Assembly (NCBI GenBank): GCA_002269645.1
Contig: NIVC01002464.1
Coordinates: forward strand, 1 to 28,028
DNA from: Macrostomum lignano
Taxonomy: Eukaryota
DNA length: 28,028 nt
Reading direction: 5' to 3'
Shown here: piece by piece, positions 10,001 to 20,000 of the stretch
How positions within the stretch are numbered: the stretch's first letter is position 1
How the letters are laid out: each line of letters begins with the position of its first letter
Made by a program: the position numbers and the translations under genes
The notes under the pieces: model-generated
What the model was told of the DNA's origin: nothing
The model's input: the letters and a program-made list of their open reading frames with translations, nothing else
Databases searched by the model: none

Positions 10001-11901
10001 TTATGCCTGTCATAATAATAATTAATTGATAACACATGCAGTTATCAATTGGGCCAGATGTGCAACCGACAGCTCAGCCGCAGCTATTGCGCAGCGCATC
10101 TGAAGGCTGCGTACGGCTGTTCAGTCCAAGGACTGGGGGGGGGGGGGCTCTCCACACCCAATCTTCAATTACCCCAGCTAATGCTGGCACCCATTTTACA
10201 GCTGGGTGAACTGAAGCAATGCAGAGTCAAGTCTCTTGCTCAATGACACAGATTGTTTCAGTCGGATCGGGAATCGAACCCCCGACCTTCAAATAACCAC
10301 TAGGCTACAACCCCTTCTATCAGTTATACAATTAATATCTTATATCCTAAAAACAGGCAGCGAGGTCGACTGGCCAGCGTGCGAGACAAATGCCTCTGCG
10401 AAAGCATGACCTTCTGCCAGGACTGCGAACGGGACACGCAGGAGAGAATACTGTGCAAGCGAGCCATTAAGTCATCCTATCAGTGCAAAATGCACGGCGC
10501 TTATCGCACCTACAAAGAGTACTTGAACGTACTGAAAAACTGGGGCATCCTAATCACTATTGTGGCTATTATTCCGCTGACTCTCATCCTGAGCTACATG
10601 AGCATCTCGCTGGGCTGGCTGTTCCTGTTCATGGGGGTTCTCATCGGCTCGGCTGTGGTGCCGGTCACCCTCGCCCTGTTCTGGACCGGCCTCACCGGCT
10701 TCGGCATGACATTCGGCACTCTGTTCGGCACCATTGGCGGCCTGATCAGCTGGCTGGCCACGGCCTCAACCTATCCGGGCGGGCTTAGTGCGGGCAACTT
10801 CATCAAGAACAGCGGCGAGAACATCCCGATGCTGGTTGGCAACGTGTTCTCCATGGTTATGGGCGCCATTGTCACCTTCATCAGCAGTCTGGTGCATCGC
10901 CGACTCAGAGAGTGTCCACCAGCCGACGAGAGTATCTGGGAGCTCACCAGAGACGTAGACAATCCGCTGTCACCGTGGACAGAGCTGTACGCTGCGTAAG
11001 TGAAACGTTTTCCAATTTTAGACGGGTTAAAGCCAGTAATTATTTTTTGATGCTCCGGTTGTTAGCGTGAAAGTCCAAAAGTCCTTTTGTAGACTGTTTT
11101 GTGTTGCAATGTAGCCTCATTTTCTCTCCAAGAAAAAGCCAAACCGAACCGCTGCAGCGAGCTGAACCTGACCGGGGCCCACCAGCTGGACAAGCGGCCC
11201 AGTCTGCGCGAGGTGTCGCACACGTTCCGCTTCGCCAGGTACATCGCCTTCATTGGCTCGGTGACTCTCGTTAGCCTAATGATCGTTCTGTGGCCGGGAG
11301 TGATGGCCTCGATTGCCATATTGGATAAAAGCCAGTTTGAAGTCCTGGTGAGTATAGGTCTGTCGAGATTTTGCACATTTGTTGCGAGTACATGCAGTTC
11401 GTACTCATGCTCGTAGTTGATACTTGGAAATAGACAAATTCGGCTTAAGAGTAACGCTTTAACGTTTTTATTATTAGTACTAGAGAGACTTCCATCGCTC
11501 ACTGAAAGATTACCACAAACATACCATTAGTCTTTCGATGCACATCATTTATGTAGAAAATCCATTTTGTTAGAGACAAGGACTACTCAAGTATAACAAG
11601 TAACAAGGACTACTTAAGTTTTCCTTGGGTGGAGAATCTTAATTCCCCAACTTAAACCGTTCCTCAGACCATGGTGTCGGCCGTCTGGGCCTTCATAGCC
11701 GCCATATTCATCATTCTGATGCCGCTATTAAACGAGGTGATGTCGGTGCTGGAGGTGGCCAAGGCGCGTCGTAACGCTGTCGCCCCATCGCGCGAGGAGG
11801 CGGCGACTCAACCGGAAGCGGCTGAGCGCGCCGGCCAGGCGGACGGCAGCAACGGCGAGGAGAAAATGTTGGACCAAGCGGTTGAAGAAACCTCGGCCTA
11901 G
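3883..11901 (+). CDS. DUR3: DUR3-like urea/polyamine transporter (sodium:solute symporter family), 9 exons, 779 aa
   Basis: Exons 3883-4071, 5215-5337, 5935-6145, 6881-7099, 7399-7718, 9113-9327, 10357-10995, 11158-11347 and 11668-11901. All have GT/AG boundaries and compatible phases, and they sum to 2340 nt (779 aa + stop). Motifs [86 protein letters not shown] and LIGSAVVP match the DUR3 branch of the SSS family (recognised from knowledge; no search run). Confidence 0.92.
4104..4519. repeat. 35-bp minisatellite (GGGTCATAGAGGGGCTGATCACACCATTTCCGTGC), ~12 copies, DUR3-like intron 1
   Basis: Head-to-tail copies with no spacers; degenerate copies continue to ~4635. Confidence 0.97.
4947..5111. 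repeat. 33-bp minisatellite, ~5 copies, intron 1
   Basis: GAC(T/A)T(G/T)GACATGA recurs at 4967, 5000, 5033, 5066 and 5099. Confidence 0.93.
5215..5337 (+). CDS. DUR3-like exon 2 ([12 protein letters not shown]...SSSIASK)
   Basis: CAG acceptor, GTGAG donor, phase 0-0, [13 protein letters not shown] motif. Not in the ORF track because it is only 41 codons. Confidence 0.92.
5360..5820. repeat. ~20-bp minisatellite (GATTGGGGATCAGATTAGAG), intron 2
   Basis: More than 20 variant copies with an internal higher-order duplication. Confidence 0.95.
5935..6145 (+). CDS. DUR3-like exon 3 (YGISGPFWY...AMLML)
   Basis: TTTTCAG acceptor, GTAGG donor, phase 0-1. Confidence 0.92.
6244..6645. repeat. 20-bp minisatellite (AATTTATCCTCAAATTCGAT), intron 3
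   Basis: About 15 near-perfect copies from ~6340, with degenerate copies upstream. Confidence 0.96.
6881..7099 (+). CDS. DUR3-like exon 4 (GGTAVMTNL...EENPL)
   Basis: CTCCAG acceptor, phase 1. Donor is at 7100 (GTGTGT) or 7104 (GTAAGG); see findings. Confidence 0.85.
7399..7718 (+). CDS. DUR3-like exon 5 (GSSDIAYEY...LLTPSQ)
   Basis: TTTCAG acceptor, GTGCGG donor, [16 protein letters not shown] motif. Confidence 0.9.
8088..8980. repeat. Diverged tandem duplication of a ~445-bp unit with internal AGCCTTGACAT sub-repeats, intron 5
   Basis: AATAAACTACATGTAGC, GCGATGCCCCCATAA and ATTCCCAAATGAATCT..TAACTTCGACATGA each occur twice in the same order. Confidence 0.8.
8301..8373. repeat. Interstitial telomere-like (CCCTAA)n tract
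   Basis: About 12 imperfect CCCTAA/CCTAA/CCCTAG units. Confidence 0.85.
9113..9327 (+). CDS. DUR3-like exon 6 (VDEGLVPP...CILCG)
   Basis: TCCAG acceptor, GTGAGG donor, phase 0-2. Confidence 0.9.
9596..9747. repeat. Exact 76-bp tandem duplication, intron 6
   Basis: 9596-9671 is identical to 9672-9747. Confidence 0.95.
10085..10313 (-). mobile_element. tRNA-derived SINE, copy 1 (internal deletion in the tRNA head)
   Basis: Highly similar to 13485-13738. The minus strand has A box TAGCCTAGTGG, B box GGGTTCGATTCCC and a CAGCTGTAAAATGGG CORE-like motif. Confidence 0.85.
10357..10995 (+). CDS. DUR3-like exon 7 ([15 protein letters not shown]...WTELYA)
   Basis: ACAG acceptor, GTAAGT donor, phase 2-2, several transmembrane segments. 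Confidence 0.9.
11158..11347 (+). CDS. DUR3-like exon 8 (AELNLTGAH...SQFEVL)
   Basis: TGCAG is the phase-2-compatible acceptor; GTGAGT donor. Confidence 0.85.
11668..11901 (+). CDS. DUR3-like exon 9, terminal (TMVSAVWAF...VEETSA*)
   Basis: CCTCAG acceptor, last transmembrane helix, polar tail, TAG at 11899-11901. Confidence 0.9.
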   Translation, partial: TMVSAVWAFIAAIFIILMPLLNEVMSVLEVAKARRNAVAPSREEAATQPEAAERAGQADGSNGEEKMLDQAVEETSA

Positions 11902-12065
11902 GAGGCCTTGGGGAAAGAAGCGGTGGACTTTGAAAAATTTTACTTGATTTTTACTGAATGGTGATTAACTCAGATCAACCAGAGCTGAAGAAACCAGTTT
12001 AAAAAGAACAATTAAAGTAGGACGTAGAAAATAACTTTAAGTGGTTTTTGGGGGAGTAAGACGTT

Positions 12066-12234
12066 TGCTTGTTGAAGTCTGCTTGTTGAAGTCTGCTTGT
12101 TGAAGTCTGCTTGTTGAAGTCTGCTTGTTGAAGTCTGCTTGTTAAATTCTGCTTGTTGAAGTCTGCTTGTTGAATTCTGCTTGTTGAAGTCTGCTTGCCG
12201 AAGTCTGTCTGCCGAAGTATGCTTGTTGAAGTAC
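12066..12234. repeat. 14-bp minisatellite (TGCTTGTTGAAGTC), ~12 copies, downstream of the DUR3-like stop
   Basis: Direct inspection. Confidence 0.95.
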
Positions 12235-13023
12235 CTTGCATGATGCTATATCTTGCTAAACCTGTACAAGTTCCGCTACACTCAGTAGTGGATTTTAAGC
12301 GATGAATCTTCATACCGAGGGGAATGGTAGAAATCCAGCAGGCGGTTCCTTTGCTCAAGATCTTTTGCGATGCCGCAAAATTGCACTACCGACAATTCAC
12401 CGACGTTGTCACTGAGCCCAAGTTGATGACAGCAGACAGTGTTTTTGATAATTCACAAAACTCGATGTGAAAGAGAGAATCATTTTGTACTTTTCTATCT
12501 AGCTATAGCCCGATCCTTGCCTGGGCTTGTTACAATTTTTTCACCTTTTTAACTAGCCCAAAGAATGAACATTTTTGCGCACCGGAAATGTCAAGCACTA
12601 TAAAAGCACAGATGCAACTCTCAGCCTAGAAGTTTTGTATTGCTTTGTAATTTATTTTATTTATTTGCAATGAACACCTTCAGCACCACTAGTACAGACA
12701 TCTCCGGAAAGAAAAGCACTCGTAATTTTTTAAACTGCACTTCTATACTGCGGATAAAATATAAATTATTAGTTCTCTGTCGTCAATCACAACGCGTATG
12801 AATTGTTTTTGTTCAACAAAATTGAAAATTCCTGTAAACACTGCGTTGGTTTGATCAAGATTAACTATAATACGCTCTCTTTAAAGGAAATATTAATGCG
12901 TTTCAGTAGTTTCTAAATAGACATACAAGCATGCAGATGTATCATCAAAGACATTAGCAATTGGTATATCCATATTTCTTAATTACATGTATAGGAAGAT
13001 CAATGACTTAAGCGGATCGCATC

Positions 13024-13200
13024 TACATTAGATCCCGAATCGAATCCCTATACATTAGATCCCGAATCGAATCCCTATACATTAGATCCCGATTCGAATC
13101 CCTATACATTAGATCCCGAATCGAATCCCTATACATTAGATCCCGATTCGAATCCCTTTATATTAGATCCCGATTCGAATCCCTTTATATTAGATCCAGA
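13024..13200. repeat. 27-bp minisatellite (TACATTAGATCCCGAATCGAATCCCTA), ~6.5 copies
   Basis: Period 27 from 13024; it lies 85 bp past the calpain-like stop. Confidence 0.95.
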
Positions 13201-13284
13201 TATTCCAACTGCTATCCCACCTGGACTCAAAATGCCTACTTGCTATCATCAATCCCGAATGGCCGCAAGTCCTGAATTTATGTG

Positions 13285-13452
13285 TTATTCGTTTAGAACC
13301 GGCAGAAACTCGCGGCATCGAATGCACGCGTCCGGGTGGCCGCCCCCGTACTCGAAGCTGGTGTCCACAATGTTCTGAAACGGCATCAGGCGGCTGTTGC
13401 TGCTGGTGAACACCGACAGGCAGAAGTCGGCTTCGTCTCCTGGCACCCCGGT
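13285..13452 (-). CDS. Calpain-like terminal exon (TGVPGDEADFCLSVF...PVLNE*)
   Basis: CCCGCAG acceptor, PGDEADFCLSVF resembles P.EEGDFCLRVF, stop at 13287-13285. Confidence 0.82.
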   Translation of the reverse strand, partial: TGVPGDEADFCLSVFTSSNSRLMPFQNIVDTSFEYGGGHPDACIRCREFLPVLNE

Positions 13453-16400
13453 CTGCGGGAAATCACCGTTGTTCAGTTTCTTGGATAATAATAAATAATT
13501 ATTCGCGCGGCGCATCTGAAGGCTGCGTACGGCTGTTCAGTCCAAGGACTGGGAGGTCGCCACACACCCTCAATCACCCCAGCCAATGCTGGCACCCATT
13601 TTACAGCTGAGTGAACTGAAGCAATGCAGAGTTAAGTGTCTTGCTTGAGGGACACAAATTGTTCCGAGTGGGATGGGGAATCGAACCCCCGACCTTTCAG
13701 TCGTGAGTCCGATGCTCTGACCACTAGGCTACCACCCCTACTTTAATACAGTTACAAATATAATAAAAATCCACCTGGCCCGCCTCAAAGCAGCCAGTTG
13801 TTGCAGTCGCCGAGTTTCTACTGAATTACGTCGGTTGTGAGTTGCTACCCTATCACAGCAAGGGTGAACTGTGAAGCTCAGATTTTTAAGCTATAGACCG
13901 CGAGGTGCGGTCACACCTGTACCTGGTCACCTATCAGCGGGCAAGGCTCATTTCTATCCTACGGCACTAGCGACTGGCGGCTGGATTTTGTTACCTCGAG
14001 AATGATCAGAAAGGAGCCATTTTGGAGCACCAGCAGCTCGGTCACGGAGCCGGTGGTGAACACGGACCGGTGGGTCAACTGGCTGGCCATGTTCAGCCGT
14101 CGCTCCAGCTGTTCGCGACTTTTCAACTCCAGCAGGTCGCGACGAGTCACCCGGTTGAGGTCGGTGTCGCTGATGGCGTAAACCTTTGTTGTTAAGAGAG
14201 GACGGGAGCAGATTTTGGACTTCGGATTTTCGAATCAACTTGTTATGGTCCGCAAATAGAGCTATAAGCAAGGAGCAAAAGTTTTTTTTTGCAAATCCAT
14301 TAAAAAACACATTTTCTTAAGAACAAATTCCTTTTGTAGTTTTATAAATCATCTTATTTGAGAAATATTGTCACAGACAAAGATGTCTGCTAAGAATCTA
14401 TTTTTTTCTAAAAGTAACAAAAGAACACAATAAAAGAAAGCCTTCACAAATATTATATATAGCAGGCATTCCCCCTATTTAAAAAGCATCCCCCAGACAG
14501 CAAGCACCCCCAGACAGCAAGCATCCCCAGATAGCAAGCACCCCCAGATAGCAAGCATCACCCCAGATAGCAAGCACTCCCAGATAGCAAGCACCCACCA
14601 GATAGCAAGCACCCCCCAGATAGCAAGCACCCACCAGATAGCAAGCACCCCCCATATAGCAAGCCCCCCCCCAGATAGAAAGCATCCCCAGATAGCAAGC
14701 ATCACCCAAGATAGCAAGCACCCACCAGATAGCAAGCACCCCCCCCCCCAGACAGCAAGCACCCCCCCCCAGATAGCAAGCACCCCCCCCCCCAGATAGA
14801 AAGCATCCCCCCCCAGACAGCAAGCACCCCCCCCCAGATAGCAAGCACCCCCCCCCCAGACAGCAAGCACCCCCCCAGACAGCAAGCACCCCCCCCAGAT
14901 AGAAAGCATCCCCAGATAGCAAGCATCACCCAAGATAGCAAGCACCCACCAGATAGCAAGCACCCCCCCCCAGACAGCAAGCACCCCCCCCCCAGATAGC
15001 AAGCATCCCCAGATAGCAAGCATCCCCAGATAGCAAGCACCCCCCCCCCAGATAGCAAGCATCCCCAGATAGCAAGCATCCCCAGATAGCAAGCACCCCC
15101 CCCCCCAGATAGCAAGCATCCCCAGATAGCAAGCACCCCCCCCAGATAGCAAGCATCCCCAGATAGCAAGCACCCCCCCCCCAGACAGCAAGCACCCCCC
15201 CCCCAGATAGCAAGCATCCCCAGATAGCAAGCATCCCCAGATAGCAAGCACCCCCCCCCCAGATAGCAAGCATCCCCAGATAGCAAGCATCACCCAAGAT
15301 AGCAAGCACCCACCAGATAGCAAGCACCCCCCCCCAGACAGCAAGCACCCCCCCCCAGATAGCAAGCATCCCCAGATAGCAAGCATCCCCAGATAGCAAG
15401 TACCCACCCCCCCAGATAGCAAGCATCCCCAGATAGCAAGCATCCCCAGATAGCAAGCACCCCCCCCCAGATAGCAAGCATCCCCAGATAGCAAGCACCC
15501 CCCCCCCAGATAGCAAGCATCCCCAGATAGCAAGCACCCCCCCCCCAGATAGCAAGCATCCCCAGATAGCAAGCACCCCCCCCCAGATAGCAAGCATCCC
15601 CAGATAGCAAGCACCCCCCCCCCCAGATAGCAAGCATCCCCAGATAGCAAGCACCCCCCCAGATAGCAAGCATCCCCAGATAGCAAGCATCCCCAGATAG
15701 CAAGCATCCCCAGATAGCAAGCATCCCCAGATAGCAAGCACCCCCCCCCCAGATAGCAAGCATCCCCAGATAGCAAGCATCCCCAGATAGCAAGCATCCC
15801 CAGATAGCAAGCATCCCCAGATAGCAAGCATCCCCAGATAGCAAGCATCCCCAGATAGCAAGCATCCCCAGATAGCAAGCACCCCCCCCCCCCCCAGATA
15901 GCAAGCATCCCCAGATAGCAAGCATCCCCAAATAGCAAGCATCCCCAAATAGCAAGCATCCCCAAATAGCAAGCATCCCCAAATAGCAAGCATCCCCAAA
16001 TAGCAAGCATCCCCAGATAGCAAGCATCCCCAGATAGCAAGCATCCCCAGATAGCAAGCACCCCCCCCCCAGATAGCAAGCATCCCCAGATAGCAAGCAT
16101 CCCCAAATAGCAAGCATCCCCAAATAGCAAGCATCCCCAAATAGCAAGCATCCCCAAATAGCAAGCATCCCCAAATAGCAAGCATCCCCAAATAGCAAGC
16201 ATCCCCAAATAGCAAGCATCCCCAGATAGCAAGCATCCCCAGATAGTAGATATAGATTTTCCTGACAGCCGATTATATAATTTTGAGATATAAAAAATTG
16301 TGGATTCTTATCAGGCGAAAAACATTAAGGTAGGCGACTAACTAAATTAGAATTACAGATGCATATTAAAGTGAAAATTAGGCATGGGAACAAAGTTGAT

Positions 16401-16976
16401 TCACCGTAGAGGATTATAGATGCTGATGACTTTCCTAAATAGGCTTATGGATATAGGTGATTTGAGAGACAGGTAATTATCCAAATTATAACCAAGGGTG
16501 TATGTTCTCACTAAACTTGTTTATAAAATTCATTTGGGGCTTGTGTGCACGAAAATTAATTGGCTGTGGGATTCACAGTCACCACAGTCGTGGGTCGTGC
16601 GATTCGCAGTCATCAAGGCCAATCATAAAGGCACAGAGTGTGTTCATGCCTGACGATTAGTATAAAAGTTGGAAATCTGAAGTTTTGACCCTAAGTTAGA
16701 AGATAGGTAGAAATTTATGAAATGCCCAGGCGCAGTGAAGGGCGAGGCAGAAGAGCACAATGGAACCCCTAGATAGCTATTAGAAGGGCAAACAGAAGCA
16801 GCATTGAGACAATTATTCAACTGTCAAGTCAGATATGTAATAAAGCCGAATCTACTCCGAATACTCCGAAATACTCCGAATCTAATAAAGCCTCTTTCCA
16901 TTCCAGTTAGTAGCAACACCCCGCCGCAGGTACAATGGCGCTCAAACCGGCTGGGAGAAGCAAACCGAGGAGAGGC

Positions 16977-17071
<95 letters not shown>

Positions 17072-20000
17072 CTGTTTAATCATCCATGGACAGTCAAGAG
17101 ACGGAAAATTAAGCTCTTTTTTTATAATCTTTCTATCCCAAATTCTATCCAACTCAACACATAGATTTTCAAAACCCCGAATAATCTCTAACCCTCACAC
17201 TTAGCAACCTACTAGAAAAAACTAAATCCATGTACAACTATAGGGGACTGAGTCCCGGATTTTATTGCTTAAAAACCCCCGCCGTTGCTAACCACGCGAA
17301 GACACCCCACCGGCGGCGTGGGGAGGTCAAAATTCTAATTGGTATAAAATAGACGCCCATCTTAAACTGGAGCGGCGCTTCGTTTTTCTTGCGCAGTTTT
17401 CAGATCTCAACTCGCTCCTTTGTATTGGTCTCTGGAGTATCCAGTTGGCTCAAATTCAAGTCTTAAACCCAATTATTTGCCTTAAAGTTACGCAGAGCGA
17501 AATACTCGTGAGATTCAAATTCAGCCTAGATACTAGGAGATCCCGTCAGTTTATACGGTTTTCTCTGGCGGCCTGATAAAGGATAAAGAAAGAGCTGTTA
17601 GAACCTTAGACCGCTAGACCTATATCATAGAAAGTGAGAATACAACAAAGGCCCCAGGGAAAAACGCCTATAATTAGAAAGTCAATATGCCTCTGTACAT
17701 CCTGTGTGAGCGTGTGCACCAGTGCGTGCCTGCGTACAGCATTGGCGCTTCTGTATATGTGCTCCGGAGTCGGCGGAGTGGGTAGAATTGCATCACCGCT
17801 GGCTGTGAGACAATGTCACCCAGGGCGTTACGCAAGGGTGCCCGCAGACCTGCTGTCAATATTAATTTATACGGGTGTATAGTGGTTAAGCTCAAAATAA
17901 ATAGTTCATCGCGGGCCCACACCTGCATCCTGGCTGGGATTTTATTGGCCCTCTTCCACTGCACGGACGCCTGCCGCAGGGTCAGCGCCACCAGGATCGG
18001 GTGCTGCTTTGTCGGTGCCCACAGCTCCAGCACAAATTGCGGACTGGTGCAGCTCTGCTGCTTTCGATTGCCAGTAGCCAAAGAGTTTTTGCCGCGCACC
18101 CAGCTGCTGGAGATTCTGGTTGACATCCAGGGCATCAGGTTGAGGCTTATCAGATCCTCCTCGGCAGTTGGCGGCACGTCCTGGCCAAAGAAGCACATGT
18201 CGATGTGGCTGAAATGACTCAGCAGATAGGCGGCCGACTCCCAGAGCACGCCGCGTTCCTTGAATACGGGGTCATCGCTCATGTCAAGCAACGTCTGTTC
18301 GTCGCGATCGTTAGCTGTTTCGATGGTGACGGTTGACTTTTCCGGATAGCCATACTGGCAGCGCATGGCCTGCGCTAGCGGGGTGCAGCAGACCCGACGG
18401 ACCAGCAGCTGGGTGGAAGCGAGCACTTGAAAGTCCGTGAATCTGCGAACAGAGCCCGAGTCACTGGACTGCATAGATCGGTGGTGAGCGGGCTGCTTTT
18501 TAGACTAGCTGATTGCATGGAGGAGAGCATGATTAACGAGCTGCCTACCTTCGCCGGCTTTTGTGTATCCGATACGTCGAGGTAATCTGTCGACTGAGAA
18601 TTGGTTGACAAATTGATGTGCAACAGAACCACTAAACATTAGAAGATTCATTCCAAGGAGCTACCAGTTCCATATCTTTATAATGTTTGCCAAGTTTAAT
18701 TTGAGAATTACAAATATTACATGTACAGTGAAAACTTATTGTCTTTCTGCTTCAATTGGTCTCTGAATGCAGCTTGTGAGAACAAGCTTTTTGTTGTCTA
18801 CTCGCTACGCTTGCGAAGAACCCGAATATCGCCTTTGGCAGCAGTCTTATATGCATTTTCACACATTGCTTCTATGAGAAATTTCGTCACATATTTACTA
18901 AATTAATGCCGCACCTGTTTGAACGCCAGCACCACGTAGACATCGTCAGTCCTGTGCAGCATGCAGCCAGAAGGACACGAACGCAGAGACGATTCGCCCT
19001 CCTGGCGCAGGAAGACGATACTGTCCCGCTGCATGACAGTCAGGATGCGCAGCAGAGTAGTAGCCTGTTGGCCCAGCTCGTCCGTGATGCGCCGGCTGAT
19101 CACTTCGCAGCCTGCGTGCAGCAATTTCAGTCTATACTGTCTACTGACAATACGTGATTGCTCAGTGTAGAATATAAGAATACAAATTAAAGCATCAGTG
19201 TCAATCGACGTTCTACGAGGTACATTCACTCGTTTCAGATTTCTGCTTTTCCTTCCAAATTGATGCAAAGGGGCGGTGTTGGAAGTGGTTGACTCTTGAC
19301 TGCTTCTTATTGCAAAGCTTCAATCAGTTTTTAGTTAACACAAAAAAGGACTATCAGACATTGAAGATTTGAAGACAGGTGCAGAAACTCACCCATTAGC
19401 ATGGAGATGGCGCTCTCAAACGTTAATGAGCGAAGCGCACAGTAGGAGCCAAGCAATTTCGCCACCGCCTTCTCCAAGTAGTAGGGCCACAGCTCCAGCT
19501 CGTTCTTCTGCGGCTCTGCCAGACTCATGTAGCGCGGCTGAGGCCCAAGAAGGCGTCGTGTCTGCTCCTTTTTATTTACCTCCAGGTAAGTCATCATGTT
19601 GCCAGCGATAGACACCATTGGTAAAATATCGTCAATGTAAACGTCCTCCCAGCGGCCGCACGACCACAGACGGAAGCGCATGATGTCGTGTCGAGTCACG
19701 CTTATATTGACTGGCAACAGGCGGGCCAACAGCGAGGGAAACTCCAGCAGGCAGTTGGCTGCAATGGACAGCCTACAGGCCGAGCCGTCGTGGCCAGGAC
19801 AGGAGAAATACATTTGGCGGCGAATGCCAGTGTGAGGCAGGGAAAATGCCACGTTGATGCCCAACTTTTGAAAGTCATTCTCGTCGGCATCTCGCAGCAT
19901 CTAATAAATTAGAAAATATGAATTTGTCAGGCAACTTTTCTGTTTTCTTTTCTGTTACAGATAGAACTCACCGGCTCAAGACGTTGCCACTGTACCGGAT

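Noticed and set aside
5827-11502. Antisense and alternative-frame ORFs overlapping DUR3-like exons
   Set aside because: Shadow ORFs of GC-rich coding exons.
13665-13738. tRNA gene
   Set aside because: The tRNA-like head has A and B boxes but no proper acceptor stem and continues into a body shared with a second dispersed copy, so it is a SINE.
14475-16236. Long minus-strand ORFs (up to 585 aa, MLAIWGCLLSGDACYLG repeats)
   Set aside because: They are translations of a 17-bp minisatellite that lacks stops in all three frames and lies inside an intron.
16804-17204. RERERE / SLSLSL ORFs
   Set aside because: Artefacts of the (GA)n microsatellite.
17674-17922. Extra calpain exon or read-through in the tail of the 266-aa ORF
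   Set aside because: The donor at 17922 joins in phase to 14183 and restores the domain III motif. The downstream ORF tail adds no convincing calpain similarity, though an alternative terminal exon cannot be excluded.
19112-19268. N-terminal part of ORF 18903-19268 as coding
   Set aside because: It is AT-rich and intron-like. The phase-1 acceptor at 19112 gives the better calpain alignment.
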